This document shows positions 24,557-36,300 of a DNA stretch of 64,000 bases, one piece after another. Position 1 is the stretch's first letter, and each line of letters begins with the position of its first letter. The translations under genes were made by a program, and so were the position numbers. The DNA comes from Eledone cirrhosa. Lineage: Eukaryota. The stretch covers positions 3,844,001-3,908,000 of the forward strand of contig OZ024740.1 in assembly GCA_964016885.1 (NCBI GenBank), in the 5' to 3' direction. The notes beneath the pieces are model-generated. The model saw nothing but the letters and a program-made list of their open reading frames with translations, made no database searches and was not told the DNA's origin.

Positions 24557-26836
24557 GTACCTTACATAGGTGGTGGTGTAGGAGTACCTAAGATAGGTGG
24601 TGGTGTAGGAGTACCTTACATAGGTGGTGGTGTAGGAGTACCTTACATAGGTGGTGGTGTAGGAGTACCTTACATAGGTGGTGGTGTAGGAGTACCTTAC
24701 ATAGGTGGTGGTGTAGGAGTACCTTACATAGGTGGTGGTGTAGGAGTACCTTAAATAGGTGGTGGTGTGGGAGTACCTTACATAGGTGGTGGTGTGGGAG
24801 TACCTTACATAGGTGGTGGTGTAGGAGTACCTTAAATAGGTGGTGGTGTGGGAGTACCTTACATAGGTGGTGGTGTAGGAGTACCTTACATAGGTGGTGG
24901 TGTAGGAGTACCTTACATAGGTGGTGGTGTAGGAGTACCTTACATAGGTGGTGGTGTAGGAGTACCTTATACAGGTGGTGGTGGTGTAGGAGTACCTTAT
25001 ATAGGTGGTGGTGTAGGAGTACCTTATACAGGTGGTGGTGGTGTAGGAGTACCTTATATAGGTGGTGGTGTAGGAGTACCTTATATAGGTGGTGGTGTAG
25101 CAGTACCTTATATAGGTGGTGATGTAGGAGTACCTGATATAGGTGGTGGTGTAGGAGTACCTTATATAGGTGGTGATGTAGGAGTACCTTACATAGGTGG
25201 TGGTGTAGCAGTACCTTATATAGGTGGTGGTGGTGTAGGAGTACCTTATATAGGTGGTGGAGGTGTTGGAGTACCTTATATAGGTGGTGGTGTAGGAGTA
25301 CCTTATATAGGTGGTGGTGTAGGAGTACTTTATATAGGTGTTGGTCGTGTAGGAGTACCTTACATAGGTGGTGGTGTAGGAGTACCTTATATAGTTGGCG
25401 GTGTAGGAGTACCTTATATAGGTGGTCGTGTAGGAGTACCTTACATAGGTGGTGGTGTAGGAGTACCTTATATAGGTGGCGGTGTAGGAGTACCTTATAT
25501 AGGTGGTGGTGGTGTAGGAGTACCTTATATAGGTGGTCGTGTAGGAGTACCTTACATAGGTGGTGGTGTAGGAGTACCTTATATAGGTGGTGGTGTAGGA
25601 GTACCTTATATAGGTGAAGGTGTAGGAGTACCTTATATAGGTGGTGGTGTAGGAGTACCTTATATAGGTGGTGGTGTAGGAGTACCTTATATAGGTGGCG
25701 GTGTAGGAGTACCTTATATAGGTGGTGGTGTAGGAGTACCTTATATAGGTGGTGCTGGTGTAGGAGTACCTTATATAGGTGGTGGTGTAGGAGTACCTTA
25801 TATAGGTGGTGGTGTAGGAGTACCTTATATAGGTGGCGGTGTAGGAGTACCTTATATAGGTGGTGGTGTAGGAGTACCTTATATAGGTGGTGGTGGTGTA
25901 GGAGTACCTTATATAGGTGGTGGTGTAGGAGTACCTTATATAGGTGGTGGTGGTGTAGGAGTACCTTATATAGGTGGTGGTGTAGGAGTACCTTATATAG
26001 GTGAAGGTGTAGGAGTACCTTATATAGGTGGTGGTGTAGGAGTACCTTATATAGGTGAAGGTGTAGGAGTACCTTATATAGGTGGTCGTGTAGGAGTACC
26101 TTATATAGGTGAAGGTGTAGGAGTACTTTATATAGGTGGTGGTGTAGGAATACCTTATATAGGTGGTGGTGTAGGAGTACCTTATATAGGTGGTGGTGTA
26201 GGAGTACCTTATATAGGTGGTGGTGGTGTAGGAGTACCTTATATAGGTGGTGGTGTAGGAGTACCTTATATAGGTGGTGGTGGTGTAGGAGTACCTTATA
26301 TAGGTGGTGGTGTAGGAGTACCTTACATAGGTGGTGGTGTAGGAGTACCTTATATAGGTGGTGGTGGTGTAGTAGTACCTTATATAGGTGGTGGAGGTGT
26401 TGGTGTACCTTATATAGGTGGTGGTGTAGGAGTACCTTATATAGGTGGTGGTGTAGGAGTACCTTATATAGGTGGTGGTGGTGTAGGAATACCTTATATA
26501 GGTGGTGGTGTAGGAGTACCTTATATAGGTGGTGGTGTAGGAGTACCTTATATAGGTGGCGGTGTAGGAGTACCTTATATAGGTGGTGGTGTAGGAGTAC
26601 CTTATACAGGTGGTGGTGTAGGAGTACCTTACATAGATGGTGGTGTAGGAGTACCTTATATAGGTGGTGGTGGTGTAGGAGTACCTTATATAGGTGGTGG
26701 TGTAGGAGTACCTTATATAGGTGGTGGTGTAGGAGTACCTTATATAGGTGGCGGTGTAGGAGTACCTTATATAGGTGGTGGTGTAGGAGTACCTTATACA
26801 GGTGGTGGTGTAGGAGTACCTTACATAGGTGAAGGT
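24557..26836. repeat. 27/30-bp minisatellite (TACCTTAYATAGGTGGTGGT[GGT]GTAGGAG), about 80 units
   Basis: Unit lengths are multiples of 3. TAC-type units dominate the left end and TAT-type units the rest. Confidence 0.97.
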
Positions 26837-26898
26837 AATATGATAGAAATGGAGTATCAATTATAGAGTTAATTAAATTATTATTGAAGTGTTTAAGT
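26820..26898 (-). CDS. Candidate 79-nt internal exon of an unidentified host gene (RLKHFNNNLINSIIDTPFLSYYLHLCK)
   Basis: Minus strand: tgttatctttatcttgaccag|ACTTAAACAC...CACCTATGTAAG|gtactc. Pyrimidine tract plus CAG acceptor, AAG|GT donor and an open frame. No homologue recognised. Confidence 0.4.
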
Positions 26899-26956
26899 CT
26901 GGTCAAGATAAAGATAACATTAATTAATTATTGAACAAATGAGATAATGAGATTAT

Positions 26957-27254
26957 CACCACCACCACCACTGCCACCCCTACCACTCAACTACCACCAC
27001 CACTACACCCACCACTGCCACCACCACCACTGCCACCACCACTAACACTACCATTACCACCCCCACCACTGCCACCATCACTACCACCACTTCCACCATC
27101 ACCACCACCACCACTGCCACCCCTACCACTCAACTACCACCACCACTACAACCACCACTGCCACCACCACTGCCACCACCACTAACACTACCATTACCAC
27201 CCCCACCACTGCCACCATCACTACCACCACTTCCACCATCACCACCACCACCAC
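26957..27254. repeat. (CAC)n-rich tract made of two copies of an approximately 143-bp unit
   Basis: CTGCCACCCCTACCACTCAACTACC recurs at 26971 and 27114. Confidence 0.9.
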
Positions 27255-27380
27255 AAGCAGTTTGTGTGTATGGACATGTAGTGTGTAATGGAGGATGACA
27301 ATTATAAAAAGAAACACTGAGCTCTCCAAGAGGATGGAAGTTGTGGAAGATTAGGGCCTTGAAAAACTTTCATTCACAAT

Positions 27381-30300
27381 TAAGTGACAACCATGAAGTT
27401 AATAAATAAAGACTCCCCCAGGACTGTTAGTGACATCCATGTAACTAGTAAGTAAAGACTCCCTCTAGGACTGTTAGTGACATCCATGTAACTAGTAAGT
27501 AAAGACTCCCCCCAGGAGTGTTAGTGACATCCATGTAACTAGTAAGTAAAGACTCCCCCTAGGACTGTTAGTGACATCCATGTAACTAGTAAGTAAAGAC
27601 ACCCCCAGGCCTGTTAGTGACATCCATGTAACTAGTAAGAAAAGACTCCCCCCAGGACTGTTAGTGACATCCATGTAACTAGTAAGTAAAGACTCCTCTA
27701 GGTCTGTTAGTGACATCCATGTAACTAGTAAGTAAAGACTCCTCTAGGTCTGTTAGTGACATCCATGTAACTAGTAAGTAAAGACTCCCACTAGGACTGT
27801 TAGTGACATCCATGTAACTAGTAAGTAAAGACTCCCACCAGGACTGTTAGTGACATCCATGTAACTAGTAAGTAAAGACTCCCACTAGGACTGTTAGTGA
27901 CATCCATGTAACTAGTAAGTAAAGACTCCCCCTAGGACTGTTAGTGACATCCATGTAACTAGTAAGTAAAGACTCCCCTAGGACTGTTAGTGACATCCAT
28001 GTAACTAGTAAGTAAAGACTCCTCTAGGTCTGTTAGTGACATCCATGTAACTAGTAAGTAAAGACTCCCCCCAGGAATGTTAGTGACATCCATGTAACTA
28101 GTAAGTAAAGACTCCCCCCAGGACTGTTAGTGACATCCATGTAACTAGTAAGTAAAGACTCCCCCCAGGAATGTTAGTGACATCCATGTAACTAGTAAGT
28201 AAAGACTCCCCCCAGGACTGTTATTGACATCCATGTAACTAATAAGTAAAGACTCCCCCAGGACTGTTAGTGACATCCATGTAACAAGTAAGTAAAGACT
28301 CCCCCTAGGACTGTTAGTGACATCCATGTAACTAGTAAGTAAAGACTCCATAGGTCTGTTAGTGACATCCATGAAACTAGTAAGTAAAGACTCCCTCTAG
28401 GACTGTTAGTGACATCCATGTAACTAGTAAGTAAAGACTCCCCCCAGGACTATTAGTGACATCCATGTAACTAGTAAGTAAAGACTCCCCCCAGGAATGT
28501 TAGTGACATCCATGTAACTAGTAAGTAAAGACTCCCCTAGGACTGTTAGTGACATCCATGTAACTAGTAAGTAAAGACTCCACTAGGACTGTTAGTGACA
28601 TCCATGTAACTAGTAAGTAAAGACTCCACTAGGACTGTTAGTGACATCCATGTAACTAGTAAGTAAAGACTCCTCCCAGGACTGTTAGTAACATCCATGT
28701 AACTAGTAAGTAAAGACACCCCCATGACTGTTAGTGACATCCATGTAACTAGTAAGTAAAGACTCCATAGGTCTGTTAGTGACATCCATGAAACTAGTAA
28801 GTAAAGACTCCCTCTAGGACTGTTAGTGACATCCATGTAACTAGTAAGTAAAGACTCCCCCCAGGACTGTTAGTGACATCCATGTAACTAGTAAGTAAAG
28901 ACTCCCCCCAGGAATGTTAGTGACATCCATGTAACTAGTAAGTAAAGACTCCCCTAGGACTGTTAGTGACATCCATGTAACTAGTAAGTAAAGACTCCAC
29001 TAGGACTGTTAGTGACATCCATGTAACTAGTAAGTAAAGACTCCACTAGGACTGTTAGTGACATCCATGTAACTAGTAAGTAAAGACTCCTCCCAGGACT
29101 GTTAGTAACATCCATGTAACTAGTAAGTAAAGACACCCCCATGACTGTTAGTGACATCCATGTAACTAGTAAGTAAAGACTCCCCCAGGACTGTTAGTGA
29201 CATCCATGTAACTAGTAAGTAAAGACTCCCCCAGGACTGTTAGTGACATCCATGTAACTAGTAAGTAAAGACTGCCCCAGGACTGTTAGTGACATCCATG
29301 TAACTAGTAAGTAAAGACTCCCTCTAGGACTGTTAGTGACATCCATGTAACTAGTAAGTAAAGACTCCCCCAGGACTGTTAGTGACATCCATGTAACTAG
29401 TAAGTAAAGACTCCCCCCAGGACTGTTAGTGACATCCATGTAACTAGTAAGTAAAGACTCCCCTAGGACTGTTAGTGACATCCATGTAACTAGTAAGTAA
29501 AGACTCCACTAAGTCTGTTAGTGACATCCATGTAACTAGAAAGTAAAGACTCCCCCTAGGACTGTTAGTGACATCCATGTAACTAGTAAGTAAAGACTCC
29601 CCCCAGGTCTGTTAGTGACATCCATGTAACTAGTAAGTAAAGACTCCCCCCAGGTCTGTTAGTGACATCCATGTAACTAGTAAGTAAAGACTCCGCTAGG
29701 TCTGTTAGTGACATCCATGTAACTAGTAAGTAAAGACTCCCCTAGGACTGTTAGTGACATCCATGTAACTAGTAAGTAAAGACTCCCCTAGGTCTGTTAG
29801 TGACATCCATGTAACTAGTAAGTAAAGACTCCCTCTAGGACTGTTAGTGACATCCATGTAACTAGTAAGTAAAGACTACCCCCAGGACTGTTAGTGACAT
29901 CCATGTAACTAGTAAGTAAAGACTCCCCCCAGGTCTGTTAGTGACACCCATGTAACTAGTAAGTAAAGACTCCTCTAGGACTGTTAGTGACATCCATGTA
30001 ACTAGTAAGTAAAGACTCCCTCTAGGACTGTTAGTGACATCCATGTAACTAGTAAGTAAAGACTCCTCTAGGACTGTTACTGGCATCCATGTAACTAGTA
30101 AGTAAAGACTCCTCTAGGACTGTTACTGACATCCATGTAACTAGTAAGTAAAGACTCCCCCCAGGACTGTTAGTGACATCCATGTAACTAGTAAGTAAAG
30201 ACTCCCTCTAGGACTGTTAGTGACATCCATGTAACTAGTAAGTAAATACTCCTCTAGGTCTGTTAGTGACATCCATGTAACTAGTAAGTAAAGACTCCCC

Positions 30301-33300
30301 CCAGGTCTGTTAGTGACATCCATGTAACTAGTAAGTAAAGACTCCCTCTAGGACTGTTAGTGACATCCATGTAACTAGTAAGTAAAGACTCCTCTAGGAC
30401 TGTTAGTGACATCCATGTAACTAGTAAGTAAAGACTCCCCCCAGGTCTGTTAGTGACATCCATGTAACTAGTAAGTAAAGACTCCCCCCAGGACTGTTAG
30501 TGACATCCATGTAACTAGTAAGTAAAGACTCCCTCTAGGACTGTTAGTGACATCCATGTAACTAGTAAGTAAAGACTCCTCTAGGTCTGTTAGTGACATC
30601 CATGTAACTAGTAAGTAAAGACTCCTCTAGGACTGTTAGTGACATCCATGTAACTAGTAAGTAAAGACTCCTCTAGGACTGTTAGTGACATCCATGTAAC
30701 TAGCAAGTAAAGACTCCTCTGGGACTGTTAGTGACATCCATGTAACTAGTAAGTAAAGACTCCCTCTAGGACTGTTAGTGACATCCATGTAACTAGTAAG
30801 TAAAGTCTCCCCCTAGGACTGTTGGTGACATCCATGTAACTAGTAAGTAAAGACTCCCCCTAGGACTGTTAGTGACAACCATGTAACTAGTAAGTAAAGA
30901 CTCCCCCCAGGAATGTTGGTGACATCCATGTAACTAGTAAGTAAAGACTCCCCCCAGGACTGTTGGTGACATCCATGTAACTAGTAAGTAAAGACTCCCC
31001 TAGGACTGTTAGTGACATCCATTTAACTAGTAAGTAAAGAATCCCCCCAGGACTGTTGGTGACATCCATGTAACTAGTAAGTAAAGACTCCACCCAGGAA
31101 TGTTAGTGACAACCATGTAACTAGTAAGTAAAGACTCCCTCTAAGACTGTTAGTGACATCCATGTAACTAGTAAGTAAAGACTCCCCCCAGGACTGTTGG
31201 TGACATCCATGTAACTAGTAAGTAAAGACTCCCCCCAGGAATGTTAGTGACATCCATGTAACTAGTAAGTAAAGACTCCCACTAGGACTGATAGTGACAT
31301 CCATGTATCTACTAAAGTAAAGACTCCCCCAGGACTGTTAGTGACATCCATGTAACTAGTAAGTAAAGACTCCCCCCAGGACTGTTAGTGACATCCATGT
31401 AACTAGTAAGTAAAGACTCCCCCCAGGAATGTTAGTGACATCCATGTAACTACTAAGTAAAGACTCCCCCCAGGTCTGTTAGTGACATCCATGTAACTAG
31501 TAAGTAAAGACTCCGCTAGGTCTGTTAGTGACATCCATGTAACTAGTAAGTAAAGACTCCCCCTAGGACTGTTAGTGACATCCATGTAACTAGTAAGTAA
31601 AGACTCCCCCCAGGTCTGTTAGTGACATCCATGTAACTAGTAAGTAAAGACTCCCCCCAGGTCTGTTAGTGACATCCATGTAACTAGTAAGTAAAGACTC
31701 CGCTAGGTCTGTTAGTGACATCCATGTAACTAGTAAGTAAAGACTCCCCTAGGACTGTTAGTGACATCCATGTAACTAGTAAGTAAAGACTCCCCTAGGT
31801 CTGTTAGTGACATCCATGTAACTAGTAAGTAAAGACTCCCTCTAGGACTGTTAGTGACATCCATGTAACTAGTAAGTAAAGACTCCCTCCAGGACTGTTA
31901 GTGACATCCATGTAACTAGTAAGTAAAACTCCCCCCAGGACTGTTAGTGACATCCATGTAACTAGTAAGTAAAGAGTCCCCCCAGGTCTGTTAGTGACAT
32001 CCATGTAACTAGTAAGTAAAGACTCCTCTAGGACTGTTAGTGACATCCATGTAACTAGTAAGTAAAGACTCCCTCTAGGACTGTTAGTGACATCCATGTA
32101 ACTAGTAAGTAAAGACTCCCCCCAGGACTGTTGGTGACATCCATGTAACTAGTAAGTAAAGACTCCCCCCAGGTCTGTTAGTGACATCCATGTAACTAGT
32201 AAGTAAAGACTCCCCCCAGGTCTGTTAGTGACATCCATGTAACTAGTAAGTAAAGACTCCCCCCAGGTCTGTTAGTGACATCCATGTAACTAGTAAGTAA
32301 AGACTCCTCTAGGTCTGTTAGTGACATCCATGTAACTAGTAAGTAAAGACTCCCCCTAGGACTGTTAGTGACATCCATGTAACTAGTAAGTAAAGACTCC
32401 CCCCAGGTCTGTTAGTGACATCCATGTAACTAGTAAGTAAAGACTCCCCCCAGGTCTGTTAGTGACATACATGTAACTAGTAAGTAAAGACTCCGCTAGG
32501 TCTGTTAGTGACATCCATGTAACTAGTAAGTAAAGACTCCCCTAGGACTGTTAGTGACATCCATGTAACTAGTAAGTAAAGACTCCCCTAGGTCAGTTAG
32601 TGACATCCATGTAACTAGTAAGTAAAGACTCCCTCTAGGACTGTTAGTGACATCCTTGTAACTAGTAAGTAAAGACTCCCTCTAGGACTGTTAGTGACAT
32701 CCATGTAACTAGTAAGTAAAGACTCCCCCCAGGACTGTTAGTGACATCCATGTAACTAGTAAGTAAAGACTCCCCCCAGGTCTGTTAGTGACATCCATGT
32801 AACTAGTAAGTAAAGACTCCTCTAGGACTGTTAGTGACATCCATGTAACTAGTAAGTAAAGACTCCCTCTAGGACTGTTAGTGACATCCATGTAACTAGT
32901 AAGTAAAGACTCCCCCAGGACTGTTGGTGACATCCATGTAACTAGTAAGTAAAGACTCCCCCCAGGTCTGTTAGTGACATCCATGTAACTAGTAAGTAAA
33001 GACTCCCCCCAGGTCTGTTAGTGACATCCATGTAACTAGTAAGTAAAGACTCCACCCAGGTCTGTTAGTGACATCCATGTAACTAGTAAGTAAAGACTCC
33101 TCTAGGTCTGTTAGTGACATCCATGTAACTAGTAAGTAAAGACTCCCCCCAGGTCTGTTAGTGACATCCATGTAACTAGTAAGTAAAGACTCCTCTAGGT
33201 CTGTTAGTGACATCCATGTAACTAGTAAGTAAAGACTCCCCCCAGGTCTGTTAGTGACATCCATGTAACTAGTAAGTAAAGACTCCCTCTAGGACTGTTA

Positions 33301-36300
33301 GTGACATCCATGTAACTAGTAAGTAAAGACTCCTCTAGGACTGTTACTGACATCCATCTAACTAGTAAGGACTCCTCTAGGACTGTTACTGACATCCATG
33401 TAACTAGTAAGTAAAGACTCCCTCTAGGACTGTTAGTGACATCCATGTAACTAGTAAGTAAAGACTCCTCTAGGACTGTTACTGACATCCATGTAACTAG
33501 TAAGTAAAGACTCCTCTAGGACTGTTACTGACATCCATGTAACTAGTAAGTAAAGACTCCCCCCAGGACTGTTAGTGACATCCATGTAAATAGTAAGTAA
33601 AGACTCCCTCTAGGACTGTTAGTGACATCCATGTAACTAGTAAGTAAATACTCCTCTAGGTCTGTTAGTGATATCCATGTAACTAGTAAGTAAAGACTCC
33701 CCCCAGGTCTGTTAGTGACATCCATGTAACTAGTAAGTAAAGACTCCTCTAGGACTGTTACTGACATCCATGTAACTAGTAAGTAAAGACTCCCTCTAGG
33801 ACTGTTAGTGACATCCATGTAACTAGTAAGTAAAGACTCCCCCCAGGTCTGTTAGTGACATCCATGTAACTAGTAAGTAAAGACTCCCCCCAGGACTGTT
33901 AGTGACATCCATGTAACTAGTAAGTAAAGACTCCCTCTAGGACTGTTAGTGACATCCATGTAACTAGTAAGTAAAGACTCCTCTAGGTCTGTTAGTGACA
34001 TCCATGTAACTAGTAAGTAAAGACTCCCTCTAGGACTGTTAGTGACATCCATGTAACTAGTAAGTAAAGTCTCCCCCTAGGACTGTTGGTGACATCCATG
34101 TAACTAGTAAGTAAAGACTCCCCCTAGGACTGTTAGTGACAACCATGTAACTAGTAAGTAAAGACTCCCCCCAGGAATGTTGGTGACATCCATGTAACTA
34201 GTAAGTAAAGACTCCCCCCAGGACTGTTGGTGACATCCATGTAACTAGTAAGTAAAGACTCCCCTAGGACTGTTAGTGACATCCATTTAACTAGTAAGTA
34301 AAGAATCCCCCCAGGACTGTTAGTGACATCCATGTAACTAGTAAGTAAAGACTCCCCCCAGGTCTGTTAGTGACATCCATGTAACTAGTAAGTAAAGACT
34401 CCACCCAGGAATGTTAGTGACAACCATGTAACTAGTAAGTAAAGACTCCCTCTAAGACTGTTAGTGACATCCATGTAACTAGTAAGTAAAGACTCCCCCC
34501 AGGACTGTTGGTGACATCCATGTAACTAGTAAGTAAAGACTCCCCCCAGGAATGTTAGTGACATCCATGTAACTAGTAAGTAAAGACTCCCACTAGGACT
34601 GATAGTGACATCCATGTAACTAGTAAAGTAAAGACTCCCCCAGGACTGTTAGTGACATCCATGTAACTAGTAAGTAAAGACTCCCCCTAGGACTGTTAGT
34701 GACAACCATGTAACTAGTAAGTAAAGACTCCCCCCAGGAATGTTGGTGACATCCATGTAACTACTAAGTAAAGACTCCCCCCAGGTCTGTTAGTGACATC
34801 CATGTAACTAGTAAGTAAAGACTCCGCTAGGTCTGTTAGTGACATCCATGTAACTAGTAAGTAAAGACTCCCCCTAGGACTGTTAGTGACATCCATGTAA
34901 CTAGTAAGTAAAGACTCCCCCCAGGTCTGTTAGTGACATCCATGTAACTAGTAAGTAAAGACTCCCCCCAGGTCTGTTAGTGACATCCATGTAACTAGTA
35001 AGTAAAGACTCCGCTAGGTCTGTTAGTGACATCCATGTAACTAGTAAGTAAAGACTCCCCTAGGACTGTTAGTGACATCCATGTAACTAGTAAGTAAAGA
35101 CTCCCCTAGGTCTGTTAGTGACATCCATGTAACTAGTAAGTAAAGACTCCCTCTAGGACTGTTAGTGACATCCATGTAACTAGTAAGTAAAGACTCCCTC
35201 CAGGACTGTTAGTGACATCCATGTAACTAGTAAGTAAAACTCCCCCCAGGACTGTTAGTGACATCCATGTAACTATTAAGTAAAGACTCCCCCCAGGTCT
35301 GTTAGTGACATCCATGTAACTAGTAAGTAAAGACTCCTTAGGACTGTTAGTGACATCCATGTAACTAGTAAGTAAAGACTCCCTCTAGGACTGTTAGTGA
35401 CATCCATGTAACTAGTAAGTAAAGACTCCCCCCAGGACTGTTGGTGACATCCATGTAACTAGTAAGTAAAGAATCCCCCCAGGTCTGTTAGTGACATCCA
35501 TGTAACTAGTAAGTAAAGACTCCCCCCAGGTCTGTTAGTGACATCCATGTAACTAGTAAGTAAAGACTCCCCCCAGGTCTGTTAGTGACATCCATGTAAC
35601 TAGTAAGTAAAGACTCCTCTAGGTCTGTTAGTGACATCCATGTAACTAGTAAGTAAAGACTCCCCCCAGGTCTGTTAGTGACATCCATGTAACTAGTAAG
35701 TAAAGACTCCCTCTAGGACTACTAGTGACATCCATGTAACTAGTAAGTAAAGACTCCTCTAGGACTGTTACTGACATCCATGTAACTAGTAAGTAAAGAC
35801 TCCTCTAGGACTGTTACTGACATCCATGTAACTAGTAAGTAAAGACTCCCCCCAGGACTGTTAGTGACATCCATGTAACTAGTAAGTAAAGACTCCCTCT
35901 AGGACTGTTAGTGACATCCATGTAACTAGTAAGTAAATACTCCTCTAGGTCTGTTAGTGATATCCATGTAACTAGTAAGTAAAGACTCCCCCCAGGTCTG
36001 TTAGTGACATCCATGTAACTAGTAAGTAAAGACTCCTCTAGGACTGTTACTGACATCCATGTAACTAGTAAGTAAAGACTCCCTCTAGGACTGTTAGTGA
36101 CATCCATGTAACTAGTAAGTAAAGACTCCCCCCAGGTCTGTTAGTGACATCCATGTAACTAGTAAGTAAAGACTCCCCCCAGGACTGTTAGTGACATCCA
36201 TGTAACTAGTAAGTAAAGACTCCCTCTAGGACTGTTAGTGACATCCATGTAACTAGTAAGTAAAGACTCCTCTAGGTCTGTTAGTGACATCCATGTAACT

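Noticed and set aside
24848-26866. Gly/Tyr-rich (GVPYIGGGV)n ORF resembling a structural or elastin-like protein
   Set aside because: No true ATG or signal peptide, the same DNA is open in three frames, and codons are identical between units. Best explained as a minisatellite.
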